Both the position numbers and the translations under genes were made by a program. Of a stretch of DNA of 64,000 nt, positions 18,396 to 31,529 are shown one piece after another. Source of the DNA: Candidatus Heimdallarchaeota archaeon. Its GTDB lineage: Archaea; Asgardarchaeota; Heimdallarchaeia; Heimdallarchaeales; Heimdallarchaeaceae. Each line of letters starts with the position of its first letter. Within the stretch, counting starts at the first letter, position 1. The notes beneath the pieces were generated by a model. That model was not told the DNA's origin and searched no databases. It saw only the letters and a list, made by a program, of their open reading frames with translations. Where the stretch lies: contig JAEOSZ010000026.1 of NCBI GenBank assembly GCA_016840095.1, positions 1 through 64,000 of the forward strand. The letters run 5' to 3'.

Positions 18396-18574
18396 TTTTT
18401 GATCCTCTTTGAAAGTTCTATTCTAATTATATGTATGTTCATTTGATGTTCTATATTTAAAGGATTTTGGTAACCAATTTTGTTTTAATTGATGCACATA
18501 GTAGTTTAATGTAAAAACCAACTAAAAACTAAAAGTATGTATAAAGAATAAAAAGAAGAACCAATCAAGAAAAT

Positions 18575-19018
18575 TTATCTTTGTGGTTTTGGCTTCCTAC
18601 CGATGACAATCTGTTTTAAGGCAACTCCATTAACATGAGTAACTTGCCATTTAACACCAGGAATGTCTCCCATAGCTCCCTTCTGAGCTCCACCAATACT
18701 GCAAACAATAACTTCATCATGTTCGTCAATGTATAATAACCCACCATCGTGAGGGACAAAAGCACCTACTTGTTTACCATTCTTAGCAAGTCTGACTCTT
18801 ACACATTTTCTCAAAGCTGAATTTGGTTGTTTGCTCTCAACACCGTATTTTTCAACAACAATACCTCTTGCAGCTGGAGCTCCCTCTAATGGATCTGTTT
18901 TCTTATCCAATCTTAACATTCGTCTTTTATACTGCATATCTTTCCATCTGAAGTGTTTTCTCTTATTCTTCAGTTTTCTTGCAGCGAATTCGCCTTTCGG
19001 ACTTTTTGAACCTGTCAT
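18575..19018 (-). CDS. rps12: 30S ribosomal protein uS12
   Basis: [23 protein letters not shown]. Confidence 0.97.
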   Translation of the reverse strand: MTGSKSPKGEFAARKLKNKRKHFRWKDMQYKRRMLRLDKKTDPLEGAPAARGIVVEKYGVESKQPNSALRKCVRVRLAKNGKQVGAFVPHDGGLLYIDEHDEVIVCSIGGAQKGAMGDIPGVKWQVTHVNGVALKQIVIGRKPKPQR

Positions 19019-19239
19019 TTAATCACTTTGATTTGTTAATACTTCAAAGGTAAACCCGAAGTAAGTCATTTCTTCAAGTGTTTCCTCTTGGATTTCATTA
19101 AAAAACTTTTGATGTTAAACATCATTTGAATTTATTGGGTTTACTTGATTATTAACTGCTTTTATGAGAAAATAGAGTGTGTTTGATGAAGGATATAATT
19201 TCTGTGGTGTATATAAGTTATATTTTCTTTAAATGAGTA

Positions 19240-20460
19240 ATGGGGAAAAGAGCTCTGCTGGTATTAGTACTAGCTATTCTGTTTGCAAGTCAAATTGCAG
19301 AAGGATCGGTAAACGAAATAGAAATAGATGAAATTAGGGTATTAGAAAGAGAAAAAGAAGTATTTGTATATCTAAGAAACCTACCAAGACCATTAGGTTT
19401 TCGTGTATGGATAAATAGTGAGGAAGTAACAGAAAATTGTAGAGTACGTTTCGATTCCAAACTATTAAATACGGAAAGTATTTTATTAATAGGTTTACCT
19501 CAGAATGTTCTAAATACATCTAATGAGCTGTTCATCACTTTTTATGATGAAACGTTCTCTAAGAATTTCACGGAAACATTTGACTTCTTACCAAAGAAAT
19601 GGTTTGATATGAATTGGCCTTTAACAATTGGTGTTATTGTTGGATTAATAGTTTTATTCTTTGTTGGTTCGCGAAAAATGATCAAAAAAGGAAAATCAGC
19701 TGATGGTATAACTGCAAACCCAATAACAAAAACAACAACTTATAATGAAATGATGGTAAAAACAGTTTTAGTTCTCATAATTTCTATAGGTTTATTCATT
19801 TATGTTTCGTACCATCCATATTTCCGTTATCCTCAATTAATTTCTTCTAGCTGGGGATTATTCTATGATATATTACATTTCTTTTCGTTAGGGTGCTTTT
19901 ATGTTGCCATTGCTGGTTTTTCCTATCATGTTCTTCGTTTTGCTTTTGGTTTAGAAAGAAAACCAGCACCTAATTCTTCAATTAAACAGATTGGATCTTT
20001 TCACTATTATTTTAGGAAGATATTAGGTGGAACAGATCAGATTAATGAAAAATTGAATAAAGAGAAACATCCATCAATTGTAGTTATAAGTAAAACACTA
20101 CTCATTATCACAGTATTCTTTACACTGCGGATTATACTATTGTTGCTTCTAAATACTCTCTACACATATTACCCATCAAATTTCATGTTAGTATTAAATA
20201 ATGAAGGAATCAATACACACTCAATATATGGATGGCTAGGAGTACTTCTTCAGGTTTTAACTATAGTCTTTCTAATAAGTATGGCAATAAGCTTCTTTGT
20301 TTCTTTAAACACCATATATACCATTTATTTCAGAAATACATCAAAGAAAAAGAAAACCAAGAGATATAATCAGATTTTCCGGATAATTCTACCATTGATA
20401 TTCTATGGTCTTTATCAATTAACGGAGACTATTCTCTCGAATACTAATTTTCAGATTTAA
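19240..20460 (+). CDS. Multi-pass membrane protein with an N-terminal signal peptide and small extracellular domain
   Basis: Signal-like N-terminus and about six hydrophobic segments. Confidence 0.7.
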   Translation: MGKRALLVLVLAILFASQIAEGSVNEIEIDEIRVLEREKEVFVYLRNLPRPLGFRVWINSEEVTENCRVRFDSKLLNTESILLIGLPQNVLNTSNELFITFYDETFSKNFTETFDFLPKKWFDMNWPLTIGVIVGLIVLFFVGSRKMIKKGKSADGITANPITKTTTYNEMMVKTVLVLIISIGLFIYVSYHPYFRYPQLISSSWGLFYDILHFFSLGCFYVAIAGFSYHVLRFAFGLERKPAPNSSIKQIGSFHYYFRKILGGTDQINEKLNKEKHPSIVVISKTLLIITVFFTLRIILLLLLNTLYTYYPSNFMLVLNNEGINTHSIYGWLGVLLQVLTIVFLISMAISFFVSLNTIYTIYFRNTSKKKKTKRYNQIFRIILPLIFYGLYQLTETILSNTNFQI

Positions 20461-21544
20461 TTACTTTAACCTTCTTAATATACTGATTAGTATGTTTCTT
20501 GCTTTCTTCTACATTTTCTGGTTGTATTGCATCAGCTACCTCAATAAGAAACTTTTCATTAGCTTGTTCTGACATTTTATTTCTTTTCTTTCTGTAAAAT
20601 ACGCCATAAAGTGCAAATAGAAAAGTAAAAACAGCCATACCTACGATTATATAATCTGTAGCACTCCCGAAAATACTATTATCAGGAACTTCCTCATTCT
20701 CATTTGCTATTTGATTGTCATAACCAACCGATTGATCCAAATTTTCTATTTCTAGATGGTAATAACAGATCTCATGAACATCTTCTTCAATACTAGAAGT
20801 AAAATTGTAGTAATAATCGATATCATAAGTATATAAGTATAGTAATCCTTTTTCTATATCAAAAACTGATTTAGTTACAAACTCAAGAGTCTCAAGTAAG
20901 CTTTCTTCTTCATTGATGAATCTATTATCCTCAATGAATCTAAATTCGTTATAAGTTATAGTTACAGTAAAGAGTTTATCACTCAAGAAGTATCTACGAG
21001 ATTCAGTGTTATTGACAATGATTGAATAGTTATCCCCCATATCTGTATAATAATCAATTACGTTAAAGTACTCTTCTACTTCCCTTGCATACTTATAATA
21101 TTCTTCTAATGTAATGAATAGACCTGTACTATTTTCAAAAAGAGCAGGAAGTGTAAAAAAATCACCATAATGAAGATTTTTCTGCCCTAAATAGATATCA
21201 TCCAAATTATAAATAATTGAGTCGTTGTTTAAAATGATATCAAACCAGTCTCCATCAGCTCTATAATTAATTTCAAAGTCATTCGGATTATTGGTAACTT
21301 TAAGTTGAACTAAATCTCCTTGAGAAACGTTTATTTCTCCGATTCGTGAATTATAATAATATTCAGGTTTATTACCCTTCCACTCAAGAGTGCTTACTTT
21401 CCAGTCAACTGTTGTTCCTACAGAGAAAAAGTCTGAATAAAGCAAACCTTCCGATAAACTATAAGCTTTACTAGAAGGTGTAAAAGCTAAAAGTGCAATA
21501 ATAAATAATACTGATAGTTCCCCATTTTTTTGAGTGAGTACCAT
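20444..21544 (-). CDS. Secreted, C-terminally membrane-anchored glycoprotein-like protein
   Basis: Signal peptide, Tyr/Asn/acid-rich ectodomain with several N-x-S/T sequons, TM helix followed by YRKKRNK. Confidence 0.7.
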   Translation of the reverse strand: MVLTQKNGELSVLFIIALLAFTPSSKAYSLSEGLLYSDFFSVGTTVDWKVSTLEWKGNKPEYYYNSRIGEINVSQGDLVQLKVTNNPNDFEINYRADGDWFDIILNNDSIIYNLDDIYLGQKNLHYGDFFTLPALFENSTGLFITLEEYYKYAREVEEYFNVIDYYTDMGDNYSIIVNNTESRRYFLSDKLFTVTITYNEFRFIEDNRFINEEESLLETLEFVTKSVFDIEKGLLYLYTYDIDYYYNFTSSIEEDVHEICYYHLEIENLDQSVGYDNQIANENEEVPDNSIFGSATDYIIVGMAVFTFLFALYGVFYRKKRNKMSEQANEKFLIEVADAIQPENVEESKKHTNQYIKKVKVIKSEN

Positions 21545-21679
21545 TTAACCACCCACTCTCTTCTTATCAAAACCATCCTATTTATAGCTAACAAAAATCT
21601 GAAGACTATCTAAACTTAAAGGGTTAAATAATGCTCTTTGATAAAAACAAACGAAAAATAGAAGTGAGATAAAGAATAA

Positions 21680-25608
<3,929 letters not shown>

Positions 25609-25798
25609 ACTAATGTGATTACTCTTTACTCAATGCATTTTGTAATTGATAAAAAGCTTTTGATTACAAACCAATTCTTACAAGCTGAAATTCCATTCTA
25701 GATGTGTTTAATTAAGTTGAACAGAATTCTGTAAATCCTCATAATTTATTAAGTCATTTAAAAATTATTACACAAGAAAGTGAAACAAGAAAATCACG

Positions 25799-26734
25799 GT
25801 GATATTCATGATTATTGATGGAAGAAAGTTTTCGCAAGAGTATACTGATAAAGTGCTTAAACCTCGTTGTGATATTTTCAAAGAAAAATACAAAAAAGTA
25901 CCAAAGTTATCTACAATAATTGTAGGTGAAGATCCTGCTTCAGAATCTTATCGAAGAATAAGAGAGAAGTTTTTTGCAAACCTTTGTGTTGATTCTCCTG
26001 CTCTTCAACTGCCAGAAGAAACAACAGAGAAGGAGCTTTTAGATATTATAGATAAACAGAATAACGATGACAGTATAGATGGAATACTTGTCCAATTACC
26101 TCTGCCTAAACACATGGACGAAGATAAGATAATAGAAAGTATCTCTCCAGATAAAGATATTGAAGGTTTGTCTCCTGGAAATGTATATGCTTGGACAAAA
26201 TCTACCCCTAACCTAATTCCCGCAACAGCTCTTGGCGCACTTGCCCTCTTGAAACATTACCAGATTCCTTTACATGGTAAGCATGCTGTTGTAGTTGGAA
26301 GAAGCATGATAATTGGCAAACCTATAGCACATCTTCTTTTGAGAGAGCATGCTACAGTAACAATTTGTCATTCAAGATCAAAACCACTTGAGAAATATAC
26401 TAAAGAAGCAGATATACTCATTGCAGCTGTTGGTCGTGCTCATCTGATCAAGAAGGGTATGGTGAAAAAAGATGTTGCAATTATTGATGTGGGAGTTAAT
26501 TTTGAAGATGGTAAACTAATGGGAGATACAGACTTTGATGATTTAAAAGATGATGTAGACTATATTTCTCCTGTACCTGGAGGAAGTGGTCCCGCAACTG
26601 TAGCTATGTTAGCAAGCAATTTACTTCTAGCTTTTGAACTTAAACAAGCAAAGGATGATGTCAATCTTCAGAAGTGTTTGAGAGAATACTACGCTGATTA
26701 TGAGGCAAAAGGAGACAAAGATACTTGTATTTAG
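25799..26734 (+). CDS. folD: Methylenetetrahydrofolate dehydrogenase/cyclohydrolase family
   Basis: DGILVQLPLP, VVGRS.IIGKP, ATVTICHS, PVPGG.GP. Confidence 0.92.
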   Translation: MIFMIIDGRKFSQEYTDKVLKPRCDIFKEKYKKVPKLSTIIVGEDPASESYRRIREKFFANLCVDSPALQLPEETTEKELLDIIDKQNNDDSIDGILVQLPLPKHMDEDKIIESISPDKDIEGLSPGNVYAWTKSTPNLIPATALGALALLKHYQIPLHGKHAVVVGRSMIIGKPIAHLLLREHATVTICHSRSKPLEKYTKEADILIAAVGRAHLIKKGMVKKDVAIIDVGVNFEDGKLMGDTDFDDLKDDVDYISPVPGGSGPATVAMLASNLLLAFELKQAKDDVNLQKCLREYYADYEAKGDKDTCI

Positions 26735-26775
26735 TACAAGAAAACTATTTAGAGGAAAGCATCTAGATTATAGCA

Positions 26776-27126
26776 ATGAAAGAGCCTACACTCACTACCA
26801 CTCTCGAAGTAGATGGTCAAGAGTATCATATAACTGCAGTTTTTTTGGAAAATGCAGTTTCTATTTTTATTTATGATGAAACTCCTAGACTGGGGACTTT
26901 GGCAATTTCTGTACCGGGTACAGATATTATGCAAGCTTCAACGCTTTATGTTACTGGATCATCAGATGCACATTTTGTAAGAATGTTGGGTGAAAGATTT
27001 GCTTCACGAATTCAGAAATTAGTTTTAATATCAATTAGTTTGAAAGAAATTTCAAACGATTTAATTCTGAAAATAATGCAACAAACAGAACAACTTCTTT
27101 TTGAAGAAAAAAGTGAAAAAGAGTAA
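26776..27126 (+). CDS. PAC3/PAC4-like proteasome assembly chaperone fold protein
   Basis: LGTLAISVP ... LGERFASRIQKLVLISISL pattern, similar to the eukaryotic PAC4 family. Confidence 0.55.
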   Translation: MKEPTLTTTLEVDGQEYHITAVFLENAVSIFIYDETPRLGTLAISVPGTDIMQASTLYVTGSSDAHFVRMLGERFASRIQKLVLISISLKEISNDLILKIMQQTEQLLFEEKSEKE

Positions 27127-27145
27127 AGGAAAAAACCCTTTACGA

Positions 27146-28474
27146 TTATTTTAGTATAGATAAACCCGGATACAATGGGAATTGCTTTGTTAGTTCAAGA
27201 ATGTCTTCTTTAACTTTGTGAGCTACTTCTACACTTCCTTTTGCTTTAATTACCTTTGAAAGACCTTCTGCTATTACTTTCATTTCTGATTCTTTCATTC
27301 CTCTGGAGGTAATTGCAGGGGTTCCAAGTCTTAATCCAGATGGATGGAATGGACTTGAAGGTTCATATGGAACTGTATTCTTGTTTAAGGTTATACCTGC
27401 TTCATCTAAAGCTGTTTGAATAGGGCCACCTTTACCAGTTAGGTCTTCAGGACGCAAATCTATGAGAATAAGGTGGTTATCTGTTCCATTTGTTACTAAT
27501 TTTATATCAAGAGCCATTAGTTCATCTGCTAGTACAGCTGCATTCTTCACGATTTGTTTAGCATAATCCTTAAATTCGGGTTTCATGGCTTCTGCAAATG
27601 CAACAGCTTTTGCTGCAGTAGCATGGTCATGAGGTCCTCCTTGAAGACCAGGAAATACAGCTGAATCTATTAATCGAGCTAGAGTAAATGGTTCTCCTGC
27701 TTTGGTTTTCTTCTCAGGATGGTGAATCTCGTGCAACCTATCTTCTATTTTACACATTATAATTGCACCACGTGGTCCTCTTAGACTTTTGTGGGTTGTA
27801 GTTGTTACAACATCAGTAAAAGGAAAAGGACTTTCATGAACACCACCAGCGATCAAACCCGAAATATGTGAAATATCAGCAAGTTGGTAAGCATCAACTT
27901 CTTCTGCAATTTCTTGGAAAGCTTTGAAGTCTATCTTTCTAGGATATGCAGTTAAACCGGAGATAATCATTTCTGGATTCTCTTTTTTAGCTAGCTCATG
28001 AATAACTCCCATATCTAGCATTTCTGTCTCTTTATCAACATCATAGCTAACACAAGTATAGTTCTTACCTGAGAAATTCACATGGCTTCCATGGGTAAGA
28101 TGACCACCTGATGTGAGGCTAAAACCTAGGAATTTATCCTTTAGGTTTAACAAAGCGAAGAAAACGGCCTGATTAGCTGGAGAACCAGAATAAGGTTGAA
28201 CATTGACATGTTCAGCACCAAAGAGTTTCTTAGCACGTTCTATTGCTAGAATCTCTACTTCATCAACAATTTCATTACCACCATAATATCTCTTCTTAGG
28301 ATAACCTTCAGAGTATTTATTGGTAAAAACGCTACCCATGGTCTGAAGAACGGACCGATAGGTGTAATTTTCAGAAGGAATTAGTTCTATACCTTCTTCT
28401 TGTCGCTTTAGTTCTCGTAGAAGCATATCAGCTATTTCTGGATCGGAATTAGCAACATCATTCATTAAATTCAT
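27146..28474 (-). CDS. glyA: Serine hydroxymethyltransferase (bacterial/THF type)
   Basis: NKYSEGYP.KRYYGG, GGHLTHG, TTTTHKSLRGPRG, FPGLQGGP. Confidence 0.96.
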   Translation of the reverse strand: MNLMNDVANSDPEIADMLLRELKRQEEGIELIPSENYTYRSVLQTMGSVFTNKYSEGYPKKRYYGGNEIVDEVEILAIERAKKLFGAEHVNVQPYSGSPANQAVFFALLNLKDKFLGFSLTSGGHLTHGSHVNFSGKNYTCVSYDVDKETEMLDMGVIHELAKKENPEMIISGLTAYPRKIDFKAFQEIAEEVDAYQLADISHISGLIAGGVHESPFPFTDVVTTTTHKSLRGPRGAIIMCKIEDRLHEIHHPEKKTKAGEPFTLARLIDSAVFPGLQGGPHDHATAAKAVAFAEAMKPEFKDYAKQIVKNAAVLADELMALDIKLVTNGTDNHLILIDLRPEDLTGKGGPIQTALDEAGITLNKNTVPYEPSSPFHPSGLRLGTPAITSRGMKESEMKVIAEGLSKVIKAKGSVEVAHKVKEDILELTKQFPLYPGLSILK

Positions 28475-28559
28475 AATTTATCCTCAGAAGAACAACAAAG
28501 CGTTTTCTTTAAATATCTTTTTCAATCGCACTACAACGCGAAAAAATAGTTTCTGAAAA

Positions 28560-28593
28560 TCTTACCACAAGAATTTATTTTTGTGTGGTAAGA
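28560..28593. repeat. Palindromic element TCTTACCAC-N16-GTGGTAAGA, copy B
   Basis: Same arms and spacer length as 2703-2736; here the arms extend to 12 bp (AATCTTACCACA/TGTGGTAAGATT). Confidence 0.8.
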
Positions 28594-28699
28594 TTCCCAC
28601 ACCCTATGTCGCTTTGTTCATCTATTCTGGTATTCATTTCTTTCTTGAATGACTCTTTTATTCTTTCTTTCTTCTCTTTTCTTACCTTAGAGTGATATT

Positions 28700-29524
28700 A
28701 TGAAAATTTACGTTGTTTGTGATTTAGAAGGTGTTGCTGGTGTTATTGATCACCGCTTGCAATGCTCTTGGGAACCCGAATCTTTTGTAGCCTTCAATGG
28801 TGAATACTATAAACAGGCTCGAAAGTTAGCTACTCTGGAACTCAATGCACTTATAGAAGGAGCATTGGAAGGAGGAGCTAAGGAAGTAGTTGCTTGGGAT
28901 GGGCATGGACCTTTCCCTGGAGGACTAGATGTAGAACTGATACATCCTGAATGTAAACTGGTAATGGCAGCAGGAGATGGAGGACCAGAAGGACTAGATG
29001 AGAGTTATGATGCACTGTTCATGTGTGGACTACACGCAATGGCAGGTGTAGAAAAAGGAGTAATGGCACACAGTTTCTTTGGAGGAATAGAAGAGGTAGT
29101 AATAAACGGGATAAAAGTAGGAGAAGTAGGAATGAACAGCGCATTAGCAGGATCATATGGAGTACCAACAGTGTTTATAAGTGGAGACAAAGACGGAGCA
29201 GAGGAAGCAAAAGAACTAATTCCGAATATAGTAACAGCAGTAGTGAAAGAAGGTATGAAACCAGCAGGAAAGAAACTGGGAAATATACCAACACTATCAT
29301 TGACACCGCAGAAAGCAAGAGAAGTGATAAAGGAAAAGGCAAAGGAAGCAATGGAGAAGATAAAGGAAATTGAACCATTTGTAATAAAAGGTCCATATAC
29401 AGTAAGAACAAAGTATGCGAAAAAGGAATTTGCTGACTGGAGTGCGAAAAAAACCAATATCAAGAGAATAGACGAATATACAGTGGAAGCAAAAGGAAAG
29501 AGCTTAGAAGAGCCTTTATTCTAA
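28700..29524 (+). CDS. M55 family D-aminopeptidase (DppA-like)
   Basis: DLEG, DGHG, GLHAMAG, MAHS, ISGD, VKEG. Confidence 0.9.
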   Translation: MKIYVVCDLEGVAGVIDHRLQCSWEPESFVAFNGEYYKQARKLATLELNALIEGALEGGAKEVVAWDGHGPFPGGLDVELIHPECKLVMAAGDGGPEGLDESYDALFMCGLHAMAGVEKGVMAHSFFGGIEEVVINGIKVGEVGMNSALAGSYGVPTVFISGDKDGAEEAKELIPNIVTAVVKEGMKPAGKKLGNIPTLSLTPQKAREVIKEKAKEAMEKIKEIEPFVIKGPYTVRTKYAKKEFADWSAKKTNIKRIDEYTVEAKGKSLEEPLF

Positions 29525-29530
29525 GAAAAA

Positions 29531-30811
29531 TCAGAAGGGTATGACGCGGTCATATCCTGTCTTATCCCTTTTTTTGGTAGCATCAATGATCACTTTGATG
29601 GAAGTATTGTCCCCTCTACGTCGAGAAGGATCAAGAGAAGAACCACGCATGTTATCGAGAATAGTTATGTCGTTGGCCCCGGCTCTGGTTATTCTAGCCC
29701 ACTCAACAGCTTTACTGTCACAGATATCTATGTCTTCATCAACAACAGTGACCCATTTAAGAGAAGGATGAGCTTCAAAAGCTGTTAAACCCACTTTATG
29801 ACCATCAACATCAGAATGGGTAGTAACAGAAATAACAGCACTTAACCAACCACACCCACTAGGGGTAAGATAGACACCATGAACCTTGGGTACAACCTTA
29901 CTCACACGATTGTGAATCTCTGCTTCGCGAGGAAAACCCATAAGGATAAAATGCTCCTCATAAGCAGGAAGAATTGTTTGGAAAATAGGATCATCCCGAT
30001 AAAAGATGTTTTCGAATTGAACGATAGGTTGGGACCGAACATCATCAGGAGTACCAGTAATATCAACAAATGGTCCTTCATCAACCTCTTCATTAGCAAG
30101 GATTTTTCCTTCCAAAATAAATTCAACATCAGATGGAACAGGGATACCATAACGAGGAGTTCGTGCAATGGATAGATTACCTCGCAGAAGAGAATTCGCA
30201 ATAGAGAGTTCAGATTTACCAGACGGAGTAGGAGAAGAAGCTGCTAATGCAAGAACAGGATGATAACCATTAACTACTGCAATAGGAGTATCCAAACCAT
30301 TCTCTTTGTTTTCATGAAAGATTTTATACAGATTTCTAGGAACAATACGAATAGCTCCTTGTTGATTATTGAGAACCATGATTCTGTGAATACTCATGTT
30401 AGGAGCTTTGGTATCTGGAAACTGTGCAATAACGATTCCGGAAGTAAGGTACTTTCCCCCATCTACAGGAAAGAATTTTGGAATAGGGAGTTTAGAGAGA
30501 TTGACTGAATCTTTGTTGGAAAAGGTTAAGCTGGATTCAACTGGTTTGGGTTGTTGAGGATTGAGAAGGGATTGTTGAAAGAAGTTGTAATAATTTTTAT
30601 CTTTATTCAAAACAAGTTCAAGTTGATTTCGAGAAGAAAGACAGTTACCAAGTAAAGGAAAAGTAGAATCTTCTACATCTGAAAACAGAACAGCTTTGTT
30701 ATGGTTTATTTGAAGATGTTCAGTAATCTCATATTCAAGCTTAACTTTATCCTTAATTTCCACAAGTAAATTCGATTGTTTGAGTGTATCAAGATAGGGT
30801 CTTAAACTCAT
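29531..30811 (-). CDS. UbiD family prFMN-dependent decarboxylase
   Basis: DGGKY, SIHR, EGPF.D.TG, VVDEDIDI, GSSLDPS, IDAT. Start reset to MSLRPYLD because the longer ORF overlaps a tRNA. Confidence 0.9.
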   Translation of the reverse strand: MSLRPYLDTLKQSNLLVEIKDKVKLEYEITEHLQINHNKAVLFSDVEDSTFPLLGNCLSSRNQLELVLNKDKNYYNFFQQSLLNPQQPKPVESSLTFSNKDSVNLSKLPIPKFFPVDGGKYLTSGIVIAQFPDTKAPNMSIHRIMVLNNQQGAIRIVPRNLYKIFHENKENGLDTPIAVVNGYHPVLALAASSPTPSGKSELSIANSLLRGNLSIARTPRYGIPVPSDVEFILEGKILANEEVDEGPFVDITGTPDDVRSQPIVQFENIFYRDDPIFQTILPAYEEHFILMGFPREAEIHNRVSKVVPKVHGVYLTPSGCGWLSAVISVTTHSDVDGHKVGLTAFEAHPSLKWVTVVDEDIDICDSKAVEWARITRAGANDITILDNMRGSSLDPSRRRGDNTSIKVIIDATKKRDKTGYDRVIPF

Positions 30812-30903
30812 AAAATCACAGTTTCCATAGAATACAAAAGACATAAGATACAATGATTTAAATATCTTGTTAGAGAGAAAACGATAGAAAATCTGATTGT
30901 TGT

Positions 30904-30988
30904 GCGGGGATTGCCGAGTGGACAAAGGCGCTAGATTCAGGTTCTAGTCCTTAGTGGTTCGGGAGTTCGAATCTCCCTTCCCGCACCA
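30904..30988 (+). tRNA. tRNA-Leu(CAG)
   Basis: GCGGGGA/TTCCCGC acceptor region, CTAGA-TTCAGGT-TCTAG anticodon arm, long variable arm, encoded CCA. Confidence 0.95.
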
Positions 30989-31019
30989 ACTAATCCCTTT
31001 TAGCAAAAGATAGGTGTAA

Positions 31020-31529
31020 TTGATGAAAATAGGAATCATGAGTGATAGTCATGATCACAGACCAAACATACAAAGAGCTTTGGAATTGTTCAAGGAAAAA
31101 GAAGTTGAAGTGATTATACATGCAGGGGATTTAATATCTCCTTTCTGCGTAAAGATGTTTGAGGAATTTAAAGGAAAATTCTACTTATGTACCGGTAACA
31201 ATCTAGGAGACACTGGAGTAATAAGTAATATGATGAAAGAGGTGGGATTTTTTTATGAGGATGTAGGAGAGTTTGAAATAGAAGGGAAAACATTTGCCTT
31301 ATATCATGGAACTGATGAGCTGCAGCTGAATTCCCTGATTTACTCAAAAAAACCTTATGACTACATTATAACTGGTCATACTCATAAAAAACTCTTGAAG
31401 AAGATAGACAAAACAATTCTAATTAATCCCGGGGAGACATTTGATTTATACGAAGATCCAACTGTAGCTATCCTTAATCTTGAAAATAGAAAGGTAGAAT
31501 TTCATTCATTGAAATACAAAGAGATTTGA
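31020..31529 (+). CDS. YfcE/MJ0936-family metallophosphoesterase
   Basis: SDSH, HAGD, GNN, YHG, GHTH, INPGE. Confidence 0.9.
   Translation: MMKIGIMSDSHDHRPNIQRALELFKEKEVEVIIHAGDLISPFCVKMFEEFKGKFYLCTGNNLGDTGVISNMMKEVGFFYEDVGEFEIEGKTFALYHGTDELQLNSLIYSKKPYDYIITGHTHKKLLKKIDKTILINPGETFDLYEDPTVAILNLENRKVEFHSLKYKEI

Noticed and set aside
19019-19080. Hairpin TACTTC/GAAGTA upstream of rps12
   Set aside because: A single short stem, too weak to call without comparative data.
29005-30508. Several alternative-frame and antisense ORFs (e.g. 29005-29463, 29023-29373, 29879-30175)
   Set aside because: By-products of the skewed composition inside the M55 and UbiD genes, with no protein-like motifs.
30812-30925. 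N-terminal extension of the UbiD ORF in the track
   Set aside because: It overlaps tRNA-Leu(CAG) and its promoter; the family-like sequence begins at 30811.
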